A stretch of DNA of 64,000 nucleotides from the NCBI RefSeq assembly GCF_018350175.1, contig NC_058383.1, forward strand, positions 21,578,001 through 21,642,000. Reading direction: 5' to 3'. The notes under the pieces are model-generated. The model searched no databases, was not told the DNA's origin, and saw only the letters and a list, made by a program, of their open reading frames with translations. Below, piece after piece: positions 13,561-25,541 of this stretch (the first letter of the stretch is position 1; each line of letters starts with the position of its first letter). Made by a program: the position numbers and the translations under genes. The DNA is from Felis catus. Taxonomy: Eukaryota.

Positions 13561-14358
13561 TAAATGTTATGGAAAAGTCCAAGCAATACCGTGCTTTTAA
13601 GACAGAGCACTGAAAAATATTTGAGACAATGCTGTGAAGATAAAAGCAGGCACATTCTTTGCTTTAAAAAATTTGGGGCGCCTGGGGGGCTCAGTTGATT
13701 AAGCGTCCGACTTTGGCTCAGGTCACGATCTTGCAGTTCGTGAGTTCGAGCCCCTCATTGGGCTCTGGGCTGACAGCTCAGAGCCTGGAGTCTGCTTCAG
13801 ATTCTGTGTCTCTGGCTCTCTCTGCTCCTCCCCCACTTGTGTTCTGTCTCTCTCTCTCTCTCAAAAATAAACAAACATCAATCAACAAATAAACAAATAT
13901 CAAAAAAATTTTTAAATTAAAAACAAACCACTTGGTGTTTCATATACACTGGAGCTCTAGTCTATAAGCATGTTGTTCACCCACATGCAAGTCTGGAACA
14001 TCTCGAAAGTTCATGCTGCATGGGGCAGTTCTGTGCATTTCGGGGAGTCTAGCATCTCTGGTCTCCATGCACCGAAGGCCAGTGGTACCCCCAAACGACT
14101 GTCATAAGCAAAGATGCTCCCATACTTTTTCAAAGCATCTCCTGTTGGGCAGCCATGCCCCCACGGCACACCTGTGCTCTGGGTTAAGGGACAAGGGAGT
14201 TGTAGGATCCAATGGGGGTGAGGGTAGGTTGACTAGAAGCAAGGGTGAGGGTAGGTTGACTAGAAGGTGACCGTGTAATGCCACAGACTTTAGATGAAAT
14301 CTAGAGGGGTGTGCGAGAGGATGTGAGAAATAACTTGGGGTTAAAATCAGCAGTGCTT

Positions 14359-15045
14359 GGGGCACCTGGGTGGCTCAGTCGGTTAAGCGGCCGACTTCAG
14401 CCAGGTCATGATCTCGCGGTCCGTGAGTTCGAGCCCCGCGTCGGGCTCTGTGCTGACAGCTCAGAGCCTGGAGCCTGTTTCAGATTCTGTGTTTCCCTCT
14501 CTCTGACCTTCCCCCGTTCATGCTGTCTCTCCCTGTCTCAAAAAATCAATAAACGTTAAAAAAAATTTTTTTTTAAAAATCAGCAGTGTTTGGGGCGCCT
14601 GGGAGTTTCAGTCGGTTAAGCGTCTGATTTTGGCTCAGGTCATGATCTCGCAGTCCGTGAGTTCGAGCCCCGCGTCGGGCTTTGTGCTGACAGCGCAGAG
14701 CCTGGAACCTGTTTCGGATTCTGTGTCTTCCTCTCTCTCTGACCCTCCCCTGTTCATGCTCTGTCTCTCTCTGTCTCAAAAATAAATAAACGTTAAAAAA
14801 AATTTAAAAAAAAATCAGCAGTGCTTGGGGCGCCTGGGTGTTTCAGTCGGTTAAGCGTCTGATTTTGGCTCAGGTCATGATCTCAGGGTTTGTGAGTTTG
14901 AGCCCCGCACTGGCCTCTGTGCGGGACAGCTGGGAGCCTGGTGACTGTTTCGGATTCTGTGTCTCCCTCTCTGTCTGCCCCTCCCCTACTCACACTCTGT
15001 CTCTCCTTCAAAAATAAATAAACATTCCAAAAATTTTTTTTAAAA
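14359..15045 (+). mobile_element. Three head-to-tail Can-SINEs (starts 14359, 14592, 14827)
   Basis: Three complete SINE bodies separated by the same 16-mer aaaatcagcagtg(c/t)tt. Confidence 0.95.
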
Positions 15046-18000
15046 ATCAATAGGGCTTGGTGATTAATCAACAGGGTAAGGATTGGGGAGTAATTTCCCG
15101 CAGACAGAACAGCCTGATTACCTGGGCAGGCTGTTCCTTGTTCCTAGAGTACGTTTCCTCATCCTCAATAACTCTTTGTTATGGGGTGGGGGAGGCTGTC
15201 CTGTGCAACACAGGATGTTTAACAACCTCTCTGGTAGCTACCCACTGGATGCCAGGAGCATCTTCTCCCAACTGTAAGAACCACAGAAGTCCCCTGGGTG
15301 GAGAACAGGACCTTAGAGCCCTATAAGAGGGGACTGGATGTTCACTTAGACAAGATGCCTCAGGGGGGCGCTCTATGACCTTACGTTTCCTTCGCATGCC
15401 AAGTATGACTTTGAACTTCTCCCTGGGGCTGCACCTTGCCTAGTTCTGTTGGGAGGGTGCTCACAGCTTCTCAGACCTAATCTTCCCTGGAAGGGAAGAC
15501 CCAAGCAGCCATGGGTCCACCGCATTTATGGAGGGGAAAGAGGGAAGAGAGAAGGAGGGAAAGAGGGAAGCCAGCCAGTAGTGGGCAGACCCAGCTCAGA
15601 CACTTACTCTGTCCTAATACAGGAGGAAGTTGAGTAGCAGAAGCCAGGATTCCCCTCACCCAGCAGCCAATCAGCCTAGATTTCATGGCCATTGTCATCT
15701 GTGAAATGGGGTAATATCCTGCTCCGAACCAACCTAACTGGACCAGACACCTGCAAAGTCTTTGTTCAAGAAAGTGGGAAGGGAGGCTAGTTTCTTGGGT
15801 CAGAAGAGAGGCTCATAAAAAAGGGTCTTACCAGGAGAGGCACATTTTGGAGGCTTGGAGAGGAGGGCGCTGGATGGTCCCTCAGGGTAGCTCAAGGGTG
15901 AAATCCCTATTAAGTAGGTAGGGTCAGTGCACGTGATCAGCCAAGAAGCTGTGGCTGGGAGAGGTTTAGCATCATGTCCACAGCCAGGGCTCGAACCCCG
16001 ATCTGTATGGTTTCACAACCTGTGTTTTTAAACACACTGACCTGCTGCTTCCAAATCCAGGGGCTTCGGGGAAGGTGAGGGCTTAGAGCTCAGGAAGCAG
16101 TTCAAGGCGGAGATTGACGCAGAACTGAGGAGTAGGGTGGATGGTTCTAGAACCCAGCAGGTCTGAAAGGGAGGAAGGAGGGGCAGTGGGTTGAAGGGTG
16201 AGGCGGCCCCTCCCCCAGCTGCCCCTTGCAGGCCTCTGCCCGCCAGGCACCGAGGGCGGTGGGAGCGGATAAACAACTTATTCATCACAGCTCCGGGCAG
16301 GCTGGCACTGACTCCAGGCTCTTCCTGGGTCCCAGGGAGGTGGGGGCCCTGCCAGGGGCCGGGAGGGACCGGCCCGTGGGTGTGGCAGGATTAGGAGTGT
16401 GGATCAGGGAAGCTGTGAACCCCAGTGCTGCTGGTTCACCCACATGCTCACAGGCTCAATGAGCCCCTTCTGAGCAAAATCTGTGAGCACTGTGGATTGG
16501 AGGCATGGAGATCACTTCTCATCTGGTCAGCCTGTGAGGCACACACCAGTCCCCTTTACAGGTGGGAGACGGAGGCATGAAGAGGGAAAAGTGAGCTGGG
16601 CTCGAGTCTTCGCCACTTGCTTCTAGGTCACAGTAAATGCCCAGCGGTAGGATTCGAACCCAGGTCCTCAGCTGAAGGAACTTGCATTATCCCATACTGG
16701 CTGTTCTGTCGTTATTTCCTCCCTCCCTCCCGCCCATCTTGCCTGTCTGCTCCCCTCCTCCTTCCCTCCCCGCTTTTCTGTTCTTTTCCACAAGCATTTA
16801 TTAGGCACCAGCTGTGTGCCAGGGTCTGTGCTAGGCACAAAGTAGTGAGTGGGGCAGACATGGCCCCTGCAGCTCTGTACGTGAGAGCCCTGTGCCCTTG
16901 CGCTGTTCTAGACGGGGCCAAGCTGGGGGTGGGGTCCGGGTTCACCTCCTGGGAGGGACCCTCTCTGTATGGGAGGGCAGGGTTAGCGGGAGTATGGACA
17001 AAGCTGTCCTTGTAACAACAGCTTTGTTTGTAAGAACACCCTGCCCTAGCAGTCACCGATGGGCTGGAGAACAAAGGAAGCCCAGCACCCAGGGATGGCA
17101 GCCTACCCTTTTCCTTTTAGCCGGTTACATAATTTGCCACAGCAGATGTGGAAATTTTCCATACCCCAGTCCGAGGAAAAGACCGGGAAATGCGTCCACA
17201 GGTGGGGTGTGGGCCCTAGGTTTCTTAGGCTGGTTCCCCTGTGTGCGTCCACTGCCGGGGGTCAGATTTACATTATTCTTTTTTTGAGGGGGGGGGGGGG
17301 ATGAGCAGGGGAGGGGCAGAGAGAGAGAGAGACAGAGACAGAGAAAGAGAGAATCTCAAGCAGGCTCCGCGCTGTCAGCACAGAGCCTGGTGCAGGGCTC
17401 GAACTCACAAACCATAAGATCATGACCTGAGCCGAAACCCAGAGTCGCTCAGCCCAGGACGCTCAACCGACTGAGACACCCAGGCCGCCCCTACATGATT
17501 CTTTATAACTTACGTGTCTTGAAACATTTCATCACAAAAGAAACAGAAACAAACAGAACAAGATTTACAGCATAACATCATCTGCATATGTTAAACACAT
17601 GCAAGACACAAAATAGTTTGACGTATTTTGCCAGGACGCAGGTACATTTGTCAAACCACATTATTGGGGACAGGAAATAAAAGAGACAGACAGACAGAAA
17701 CTAGGGAGGGGCCCTGCTCTGACAACAGACAACAACTATTTTCCTGCAAGACTTAATTATAGACCAAAGCTCTCTGGGAAAGGGCTGCCCTGATCGAGTA
17801 TAAAGATACTTGCACTGCATGGCCTGATCCAAATCCTGGCTCTGCCTCTTATTAGCTCCGTGATCTTGGGCAAACAACTTCTCTGAGGCTCAGTTTCCCC
17901 ATCTATAAAAGCCTATGTCACAGGCTTGTTAAAAACTTTAAACAAGTCCATTATATAACATGATTAAGTCTAGAATACTTGGTGTATCCTTGTCCTTGTT

Positions 18001-18305
18001 AGAGAAAAAAAAAAAAAAGAGCCTGGACTTTGTGGTCAAGTGGATCCTGGCCACCTACGTGTGTGAATCTCATTTTAAATCCACAACACCCGAGAGGTCA
18101 GGTCTCTGATTAACCCCATTGAACACGGGAGAAAAATAAAGCAGCGGCACTGGGCCCAAAGTCACACTGCTGGTAAATGACTGAACCCAGGTGCAACCCA
18201 GGCTTACGGCCTAAGTCTGTAACCGCTGCCTGGCAGGGAAAATGCCAGGGGTGGGGACCTTCGGGGATGACCTTGTCTCGTGATTCCTCAAACAGAACAC
18301 GTCCA

Positions 18306-18530
18306 GGGGCACCTGGGTGGCTCGGTCGGTTAAGCAGCCGACTTCGGCTCAGGTCATGATCTCGCGGTCCGTGAGTTTGAGCCCCGCGTCGGGCTCTGTG
18401 CTGACAGCTCAGAGCCCGGAGCCTGTTTCAGATTCTGCGTCTCCCTCTCGTTGACCCTCCCCCGTTCATGCTCTGTCTCTCTCTGTCTCAAAAATGAATA
18501 AATGTTAAAAAAAAAAAATTAAAAAAAAAA
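18306..18530 (+). mobile_element. Young Can-SINE
   Basis: Near-consensus; TSD aacacgtcca. Confidence 0.95.
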
Positions 18531-20410
18531 AAAACACGTCCAATTTGGGGAGCACGCTGTTGGAAGCCAGGACCCGCCACGACGCTCAGCGGCCACTTTT
18601 AACAACCTGCCGCTTGCAGACGCCCAAGAGCCTTAAGTCATGCGTCCATTTATTCACTCACCCGTCCAGGGGTCTGTGGGCACCTGCGATGTGTGGGGGG
18701 TCCTGTGCCCAAGCGAGATGGCTACGAGGGCCATTGCCAGGGCCACACACTGTCGAAGCACTTAGAGGGTCTCCTTCTCAACTCCCGGAATCTATTGGTC
18801 CCTAATTCATTCCCTTCCACCTCCCAAGCATGGCTAAATCCATCCATTTTCCCTTTACTTCCAGGCGTCCATCCATCCATCCCAAGCCAGCACCACCTGG
18901 GTCTACACTAGGGCAAGGACCTCTCGCCTCATCCCCTTCCAACCCACCCCTCGGGTGGAAGCCACAGGGATCGTTGACCATAAGTCAGATCAGGACATCA
19001 CTAGCCTCATCTCTCACCGGCCCTTGAGCACTACTCTGGCCTCAGAGTCTTTGCCATTCTGTTCCCTCTGCCTGGAATGCTCTTCCCTCTCTCCAGCCTC
19101 GGCTTGACCAGCTCCTATCCGGGCTTCAGATGTTATCCTACCATCACAAGCCCAGAGGAGCTCTCTCCCCGCCTCAGCCTAAATTGGGTCCTTAAGTTAT
19201 TTGCCGTCAGAACAAAGGTGACTTTTCCTCACTGTTGAGTCAAACAAGATGTCGGGTTGGTATGAGTCATCATTGGCCGTTCCCGCTACTGTAAGCTCTT
19301 GGAAAGCAGGGACCATGTGTGTCTTGCTCACACTATTCCGAAGCTGGCACTCAATAGACATCTGGGTAGCACACATGGGATTTCCAGTAAAAAAAAACAA
19401 ACAAAAGGGGAGCCTGGGTGGCTCAGTCGGTTGGGCATCCAACTTCGGCTCAGGTCATGATCTCGCGGATTATGAGTTCCAGCCCCACATCGGGCTCTGT
19501 GCTGATGGCTCAGAGCCTGGAGCCTGCTTTGGATTCTGTGTCCCCTTCTCTCTCTCCCCCTCCCATGCTCATGCTCTCTCTCTGTCCCTCAATAATAAAT
19601 AAACATTAAAAAAAATTTTTTTAAACAAAAAACAAACAAAACCATGGGATTTCCAGAGCCTTTGCTATATACCCTTGCACGTTATGACCCCTCCTCCCCC
19701 AAGTCCTATCCCTAAGGACTTCGGGAGGGCACCTCTCCCTTGCGCTTCTCCAGAATCATCCAGCACAACACCCACTGTCGGAAAACCAGATGTTGTGGGT
19801 GAGCTCATGGCTGTGGGAGTGGAGTCTCGGCTTTGCCTCTCACTATCAGTGCAAACCTGGGCGTGCTTCCGGATGGCTGTCTGTCTCTCTCTGTGAATCA
19901 GGCTGGCTGTGTCCTCCGCAGGGACTGACCAGGCCCAGGAGGAGGAGGCCAGTACATGTGCCAGCACATTGCAGTGAAACTCAGATTTGCCTTGTAAATA
20001 GCAGCCGGGCAGGCAGCAGCCCATCCCCCCGGCCTTTCAGGGGTTTACAAAGATATTTCCACCCGCATTATCTCTTTGGGTCCTTGGGAGATAGCACGCC
20101 TGCAGGCTGGGCTGGGCTGGGGTTTACATTCCCATTTAACAGATAAGAAACCTGAGGCTCAGTGAAGTGAAATGATCCACCAACTCCGAACTTAGGAAGT
20201 GGACGAACGGGGACCAAGCCTGGTGCCACTGGGCTGTACCCACCCCCCCAACAACACACACTCCATGTGCCCGGTAGAGAGGAGCTATGCCCCCACCCCC
20301 GGCTCACAGCGGGAGTCCTCTCAGCCACCAGGGCCTCCCTTCCCCAGACCAATGTCCCCAGTGTGGAGAATGGGCACCAGGTTGGGCAAGGTGCCAGCAA
20401 GGAACCTTAC

Positions 20411-21000
20411 CTTCCTCTGATGCAGGGCTCACCTGCCCTGGGGCCTGCCCGTGGCTTCTGAGGCAGAAGGAGGTTGTGGAGAAGGGCCCCACCCCCCGCC
20501 GGCTCCTCCCCCCTCCTAGCCAGGGGACAGCGGCCGCCCTCTCCTGCACCGCCTACAGCTGAGAGCCTCCTTGCAGGTCAAACTCCAAATTCCAGCCCCA
20601 CTACAGGCAGGGGTGAGGAAGAGAATGATATCCCCAGGCACCAGAGACGGTGGGCCCAGCCCTGAACCCCTGAACTCTGTGCAGGCCCCAGTGGGGAGGA
20701 GGGTAATCCCTGAGCTCCGCCCACACAGCCTCCACCTGGTAGGGTGCCCATGGCAGGGAGGGGTAGGAGAGTGGCAGGGAGGAGGGGTGGGGGAGTGGCA
20801 GGAGCCCCGAACTGTCCTGCTTCACTCACCCACTCCTCCACTGGCCCGCCTCCACGCTGGGGACAGGCGGGCTTGGGACGAGCTGGGGGAAGGGGGGAGG
20901 AGAGATGCGGGGACTGGGGGGGGGGATGAGGGGGGAGGCAGGGGACAGCGGAAAAATCCCAGGAGGGCACTTGCAGTCACGGCCCCATCACTGCAGCAGC
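20411..21000 (-). promoter_or_regulatory. SLC5A11: Candidate SLC5A11 promoter and non-coding first exon
   Basis: Unique GC-rich sequence with GC boxes and G-runs; two strong minus-strand donors (AAG/GTAAGG ending 20411, CAG/GTGAGC ending 20433); inferred without transcript data. Confidence 0.45.
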
Positions 21001-22369
21001 AGTAACAGTGACCACCCTTTGTTCAGCCCCTTTTGCCGAGTGCTCTCCGGGCCAAGGCAGCGCAAAGACAAGCGTCTCGAGCCCAGGGGAGCTATGGGGA
21101 ACGACCAAGCCATGGCCCTAGGGGCCCGCGGCACCGGGACAGGCAATGGAGGACAGCGCAACGCTTCCACTGGATGTTCAGAGCATTCAAACAAGTTTTG
21201 AAATAGACACTAGCATTTACAAAGCATGAGACTTTAAACAAGACTGATCTCCCACTTTCGTAGAACATTCTGAAGATCTGGGGGGCGCCTGGGGGGCTCA
21301 GTCGGTTAAGTGGCTGACTTGGAGCCTGCTTCGGATTCTGTGTCTCCCCCCCTCTCTGCCCCTGCCCTGCTTGCACTGTCTCTCTCAAAAATAAACATAA
21401 AAAAAAAAAAACAAACCCATTATGAAGATGTGGCCACACCAGGCCCACAGTGCCACATGACAGCCACTGGCTGGAGTAGCGTCGTGGCCAACTTGTGTCA
21501 CCACAGACCCCTACCTACAACCCACCTTCTTCCTTCACCAGACCCTGCTGGGCCCTGGGTGTGCAGCACCCCCACCTTGAAACATAATTCAGAAAGGACA
21601 GCGATAATGACGATGCATCAGGTTCGTTCTAAGTGCTCTCTCTCCACGTCTTCGCTCACGTGGTCTTTCCAACAACTCTGAGACGGAGCCTGATTATCTC
21701 CCTTTTACTGATGAGGAAAGAGAGGCCAGTAACTTGCCCAAGGTCACCGAGAGGTGAGCGGCAGACTTAGGATGGGAACCCAGAGCCCTACAAGAGCGGG
21801 GGGCAGGGTAGGGGGACAGCAGGCAGGTTCCGGGGTCAGAGCGAGGACGCTGGCCAGGTGGGGCTGCGGCCCACTGGAGAGCATGTGTCCCTGCTAAAGG
21901 GGGCAGTCCTGGCTCAGCTGTCATGTGAGGAGGAACACAGGCCCAATGGTGCCAGACCTTCCGATTGTTCTAGAAAACTGAAAAGCCCAGAATTTTGTGT
22001 AAAGTCTCATGACTGTCTGGGATCACAGCCTGAGCTGAAATCAAGAGTGGGACGGTGGACCGACTGAGCCACTGATGCTCCCAGAGTGGTGGGGTGGACG
22101 CCCAAGGCAGGCTCCACGCTGCTTGAGATTCTCTAGCACTCTGCCCCCCCACCCCCCGCTGGAACTGGAGCTCTCTCTCTCTCAAAAAAAATTTTTTTTA
22201 ATAAAGTCTCAGAAAATAAGTAAGTGAGAAGTAAGTCTCAGGGCTGTTAATCTGTAAAAGCCGGGCGTGGCCCGCTGGCTACCCCGTGAGAACAGCACGA
22301 CCACGTGCAAGAGGTTTTCAGAAGTTTCTTCTAAAGTGAACACACCCCTCCCAGCTCCGCGGCCCAGCA

Positions 22370-22720
22370 ATTGCACGCTCGGGGTATTTCTCTAGGGATG
22401 AAAACAGACGTCGCCACGAAGACTTGTACACTGAGGTCTGGCTCACCGCTGCCCCAGGACGCACCGCGGGGACGGGGACAAGCAGGTGCCGTCACGCTCC
22501 GTGGACAACCACGCTACTTTTCCGTAGCAACAAGCTGCCGACAGGCGCCGCCGCGGCTGAACCCCGGAGGCCGAGCCAGACGCGAAGGAATAGGTACGTA
22601 CCTTCCGAACCCGGGGCCGGGGCGCAGGGGTGCGACAGCCTGGCTCGGTGCAGGCGGTGGGGGAGCGGGGGGCGGGGGGGGGCTCCGAGCAGAGCAAGGA
22701 CGGCCGCAGGCCTCTGACAA
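22370..22720. promoter_or_regulatory. Small CpG island, candidate promoter
   Basis: Dense CpGs, GGGGCGGGG box near 22670, RFX-like half site ccgtagcaac at 22522-22531, donor-like AG/GTACGT. Confidence 0.6.
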
Positions 22721-22759
22721 AATCCAAAGGCAGAGAAACTTTCTCCAAAGTGCTGAAAA

Positions 22760-23030
22760 TACCTGCAGGTTTATATAAGGAAATGTGGGACAAAGGTCAG
22801 TGGACCCAGGCAGGTGGGCTGTAAAGGTCAGGGCGTCATCGTCCTGGGGTCAATCGCGGGTGGGGTCTTGCTGGCTCCAGGCGGTCCTTTTTGCCTGAGG
22901 GGGTAGTTTTGGTTCCCAATAGGGGATGCTTTGCCCTCCGGCCTTTTGCCTGAGTTAAGAGATCAGCTGGAGGTAACTTAATCAATGAGAATGTTTGAGG
23001 TCAAACTTAAATAAGGTCAAAAATAAATAA
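22760..23030 (-). mobile_element. Probable ERV LTR fragment, antisense
   Basis: LTR-like composition with a reverse TATA (tttatataagg); family not identified. Confidence 0.4.
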
Positions 23031-23366
23031 ATTAAGAATAAAAAAAGATGGGGCGCCTGGGTGGCTCAGTCGGTTAAGTGTCTGACTCTTGGTTTTGGCT
23101 CCGGTCATGATCTCACGGTTTCATGAGTTCGAGCCCCACATCGGGCTCTGTGCTGACTGTGGGGCCTGCTTGGGATTCTGTCTCCCTCTTTCTCTGTCCC
23201 TCCCCCACTTGTGCTGTCTCTGCCTCTCTCAAATAGACTTAAAAATTTGTTTTAATAAAAAAGAAATAGTACAGTTTTATACAGTTTATAAATAATAAAG
23301 ATATATATATATAAATACTGTAATAAATATGACATTTACGTTGGGGGGGGCAGGAATCTGTACATT

Positions 23367-24041
23367 TGATCGGATACAGGAGGCAGAAAGGGAGAGGCTA
23401 AGGGCTAGAAGGTCTCTAGGTGGGGAAAAACACAAGTTTTAAAACAGGTCTTCTGGGAAGGTCTAACCTCTGTGCAAACTCCCTCCGGCATTAAGTTTCT
23501 CTTTAAAAATGTAACAGACACCGCCTACTGCCCATTAGGAAATTGACAAAAGACCTGACTAAAAATAAGTAGACCATAAAATGTAGAACCCAAGGAACCC
23601 TATGGCCATAGACTGCCCCTCATACCACCGAAATGGTCATGGGCATTCACTTCCCGATGCCCCCTCTCTGGAAAGAGAGCTTTCATACTACTCTTACTTT
23701 CTGGTCTTTTCTTTTTTAATGTTTATTCTCGAGAGGGAGAGAGACAGTTCCAGCAGGGAAGGGGCAGAGAGAGAGGGAGACACAGAATCTGAAGCAGGCT
23801 CCAGACTCTGAGCTGTCAGCACAGGGCCTGACGTGGGGATTGAACTCATGAACTGAGAGATCATGACCTGAGCCGAAGTCGGACGCTTAACTGACGGAGC
23901 CACACGGGCACCCCTCTTGCTTTCTGATCTTATACTCAAATTAACTTTTTCCTGCTGCTCATTTTATTTTGTGTCCACCTCTTCATTCCTCCAAGCAGTG
24001 AGACAACAAATCCCAGTATCGGGGTAAACAATCCTGCAACA
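23367..24041 (+). mobile_element. Probable solo ERV LTR interrupted by a - strand Can-SINE (~23705-23914)
   Basis: TG...CAACA ends, U3/R/U5-like order, ctctt(a/g)ctttctg duplicated around the SINE. Confidence 0.55.
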
Positions 24042-24518
24042 ATTCCTTAATAAAATAGGACAGAATGTACCAACAAGGAGTGTGCAAATACAGCCCGTGC
24101 TTCTCTGATGGCAAAGGCTGTTGTCCCCGCCCCCCCCCCCCAAATACCACCTCCCAGCAGCTGGTCCCATTCTACTGTTTCCACCGGAGAACGCAGTCCC
24201 AATGTTTCCAAAGTGCCTGATTTTTAAGAGAAATCCCAAAGCCTGGTTTTTATGTATAAGGTTCGGCAAGTAACTCGATATTAACAAAAAAGTTAAAACA
24301 TTGTAGTTTGTGAGGCGACTGGGTGGCTCAGTCGGTTAAGCATCCGACTTGGGCTCAGGTCATGATCCGGCAGTTCATGAGTTTAAGCCCCACATCAGGC
24401 TTGGTGCTGACAGCTCAGATCCTGGAGCCTGCTTCCGATTCTCTCCGCCCCTCCCCTGCTGGCTCTCTGTCTCTCAAAAATAAAAACATTAAAAAAAATT
24501 GTAGTTTGTAATCGCTGA

Positions 24519-25207
24519 TGTAGCGATTTATAAGAACCTATATTTGGTCTCCGTGCCTGTTTCTGGCACCAAACTCCCAAATCCCTTGGAACTTTTTGAG
24601 CTGATGAGAGAGAGCAAGGTGACTTTTGTCATGTTAATGAGGTGACTTTGGGACCCACCCAGCAGGGTAGGGGCTGGGTGTGATTAGGGTTTGGAGCCGT
24701 CGGTCCCACCCGCTGACCTCTGGGGGATCGGAAGTTGAATAAATCGCCAATGGCAACGAATTAATCAGTCATACCTGTGTAATGAAGCCTCTATAAAAAC
24801 CCAAAAAGGACAGGGTTTGGAAAGCTTTTGGGCTGATGAACACGTGAGGGTTGCACCCTTTCCCCCACTGCCTTGCTCTTCATAATATACAGGTGCCCTT
24901 CATAATATACAGGTGATCTAGTAAGTAAAACGTTTCTGAGCTCTTCGAGCCACTCTAGCAAATTAATCCCACGTGAGGAGGGTGTCTTCCTGTCCCATCT
25001 ATACCAGGTGGGTCAGAAGCACAGGTGAAGTGGGGGAGGGAGCAGTCTCATGGGACTGAGCCCTTAACCTCCTCTCCAAGGAGACAGTGTCCAAATTGTG
25101 TCGAGGTGTGGGACACCCGCTGGTGTCGCAGAACTGCGTGGTGGTGTGGGGAAAAACCCACACATCGGACTCGAGGTCAGAGCGTCCCTCGGTGTCCCCA
25201 TGTCACA
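24519..25207. mobile_element. MER21-group / carnivore LTR
   Basis: atgttaatgaggtgact, ttaatcagtcatacctgtgtaatgaagcctctataaaaaccc, tgtggggaaaaacccacacat motifs. Confidence 0.7.
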
Positions 25208-25541
25208 CCCCCTCCTACTCTGGAATCCAGGCTGAGCTCCTCCAGGTTGGAATTGCTTCCCAAGTTTTCTACAGCCTTTTAGAAACCCCGCCTTCACCCA
25301 CCGCACACTTAACCTGTCAATGCTGCTATTTGTTCTAACAACTGAAAGAAGGCAAACCCTAAGCCCTGCCGCGGTAGGCGAGCTTTCCTGGGTGGTTCCG
25401 AGGAAACCAGGTACGTCAAGTAAAACAAAGTAAATAAAAGCAAGAGGAAAACAAGACACTTTTTTTTTTTTTTTTTTTTTTACTTAGTAACTGCAAGGCG
25501 TGGGGCAAGTCACTTTCCTCCCTGTCCAAAAGGATGTTTTT

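Noticed and set aside
15355..15376. CTCF-like motif (cctcaggggggcgct), and a similar one near 40918
   Set aside because: Several mismatches in the core; cannot be supported without a PWM scan or ChIP data.
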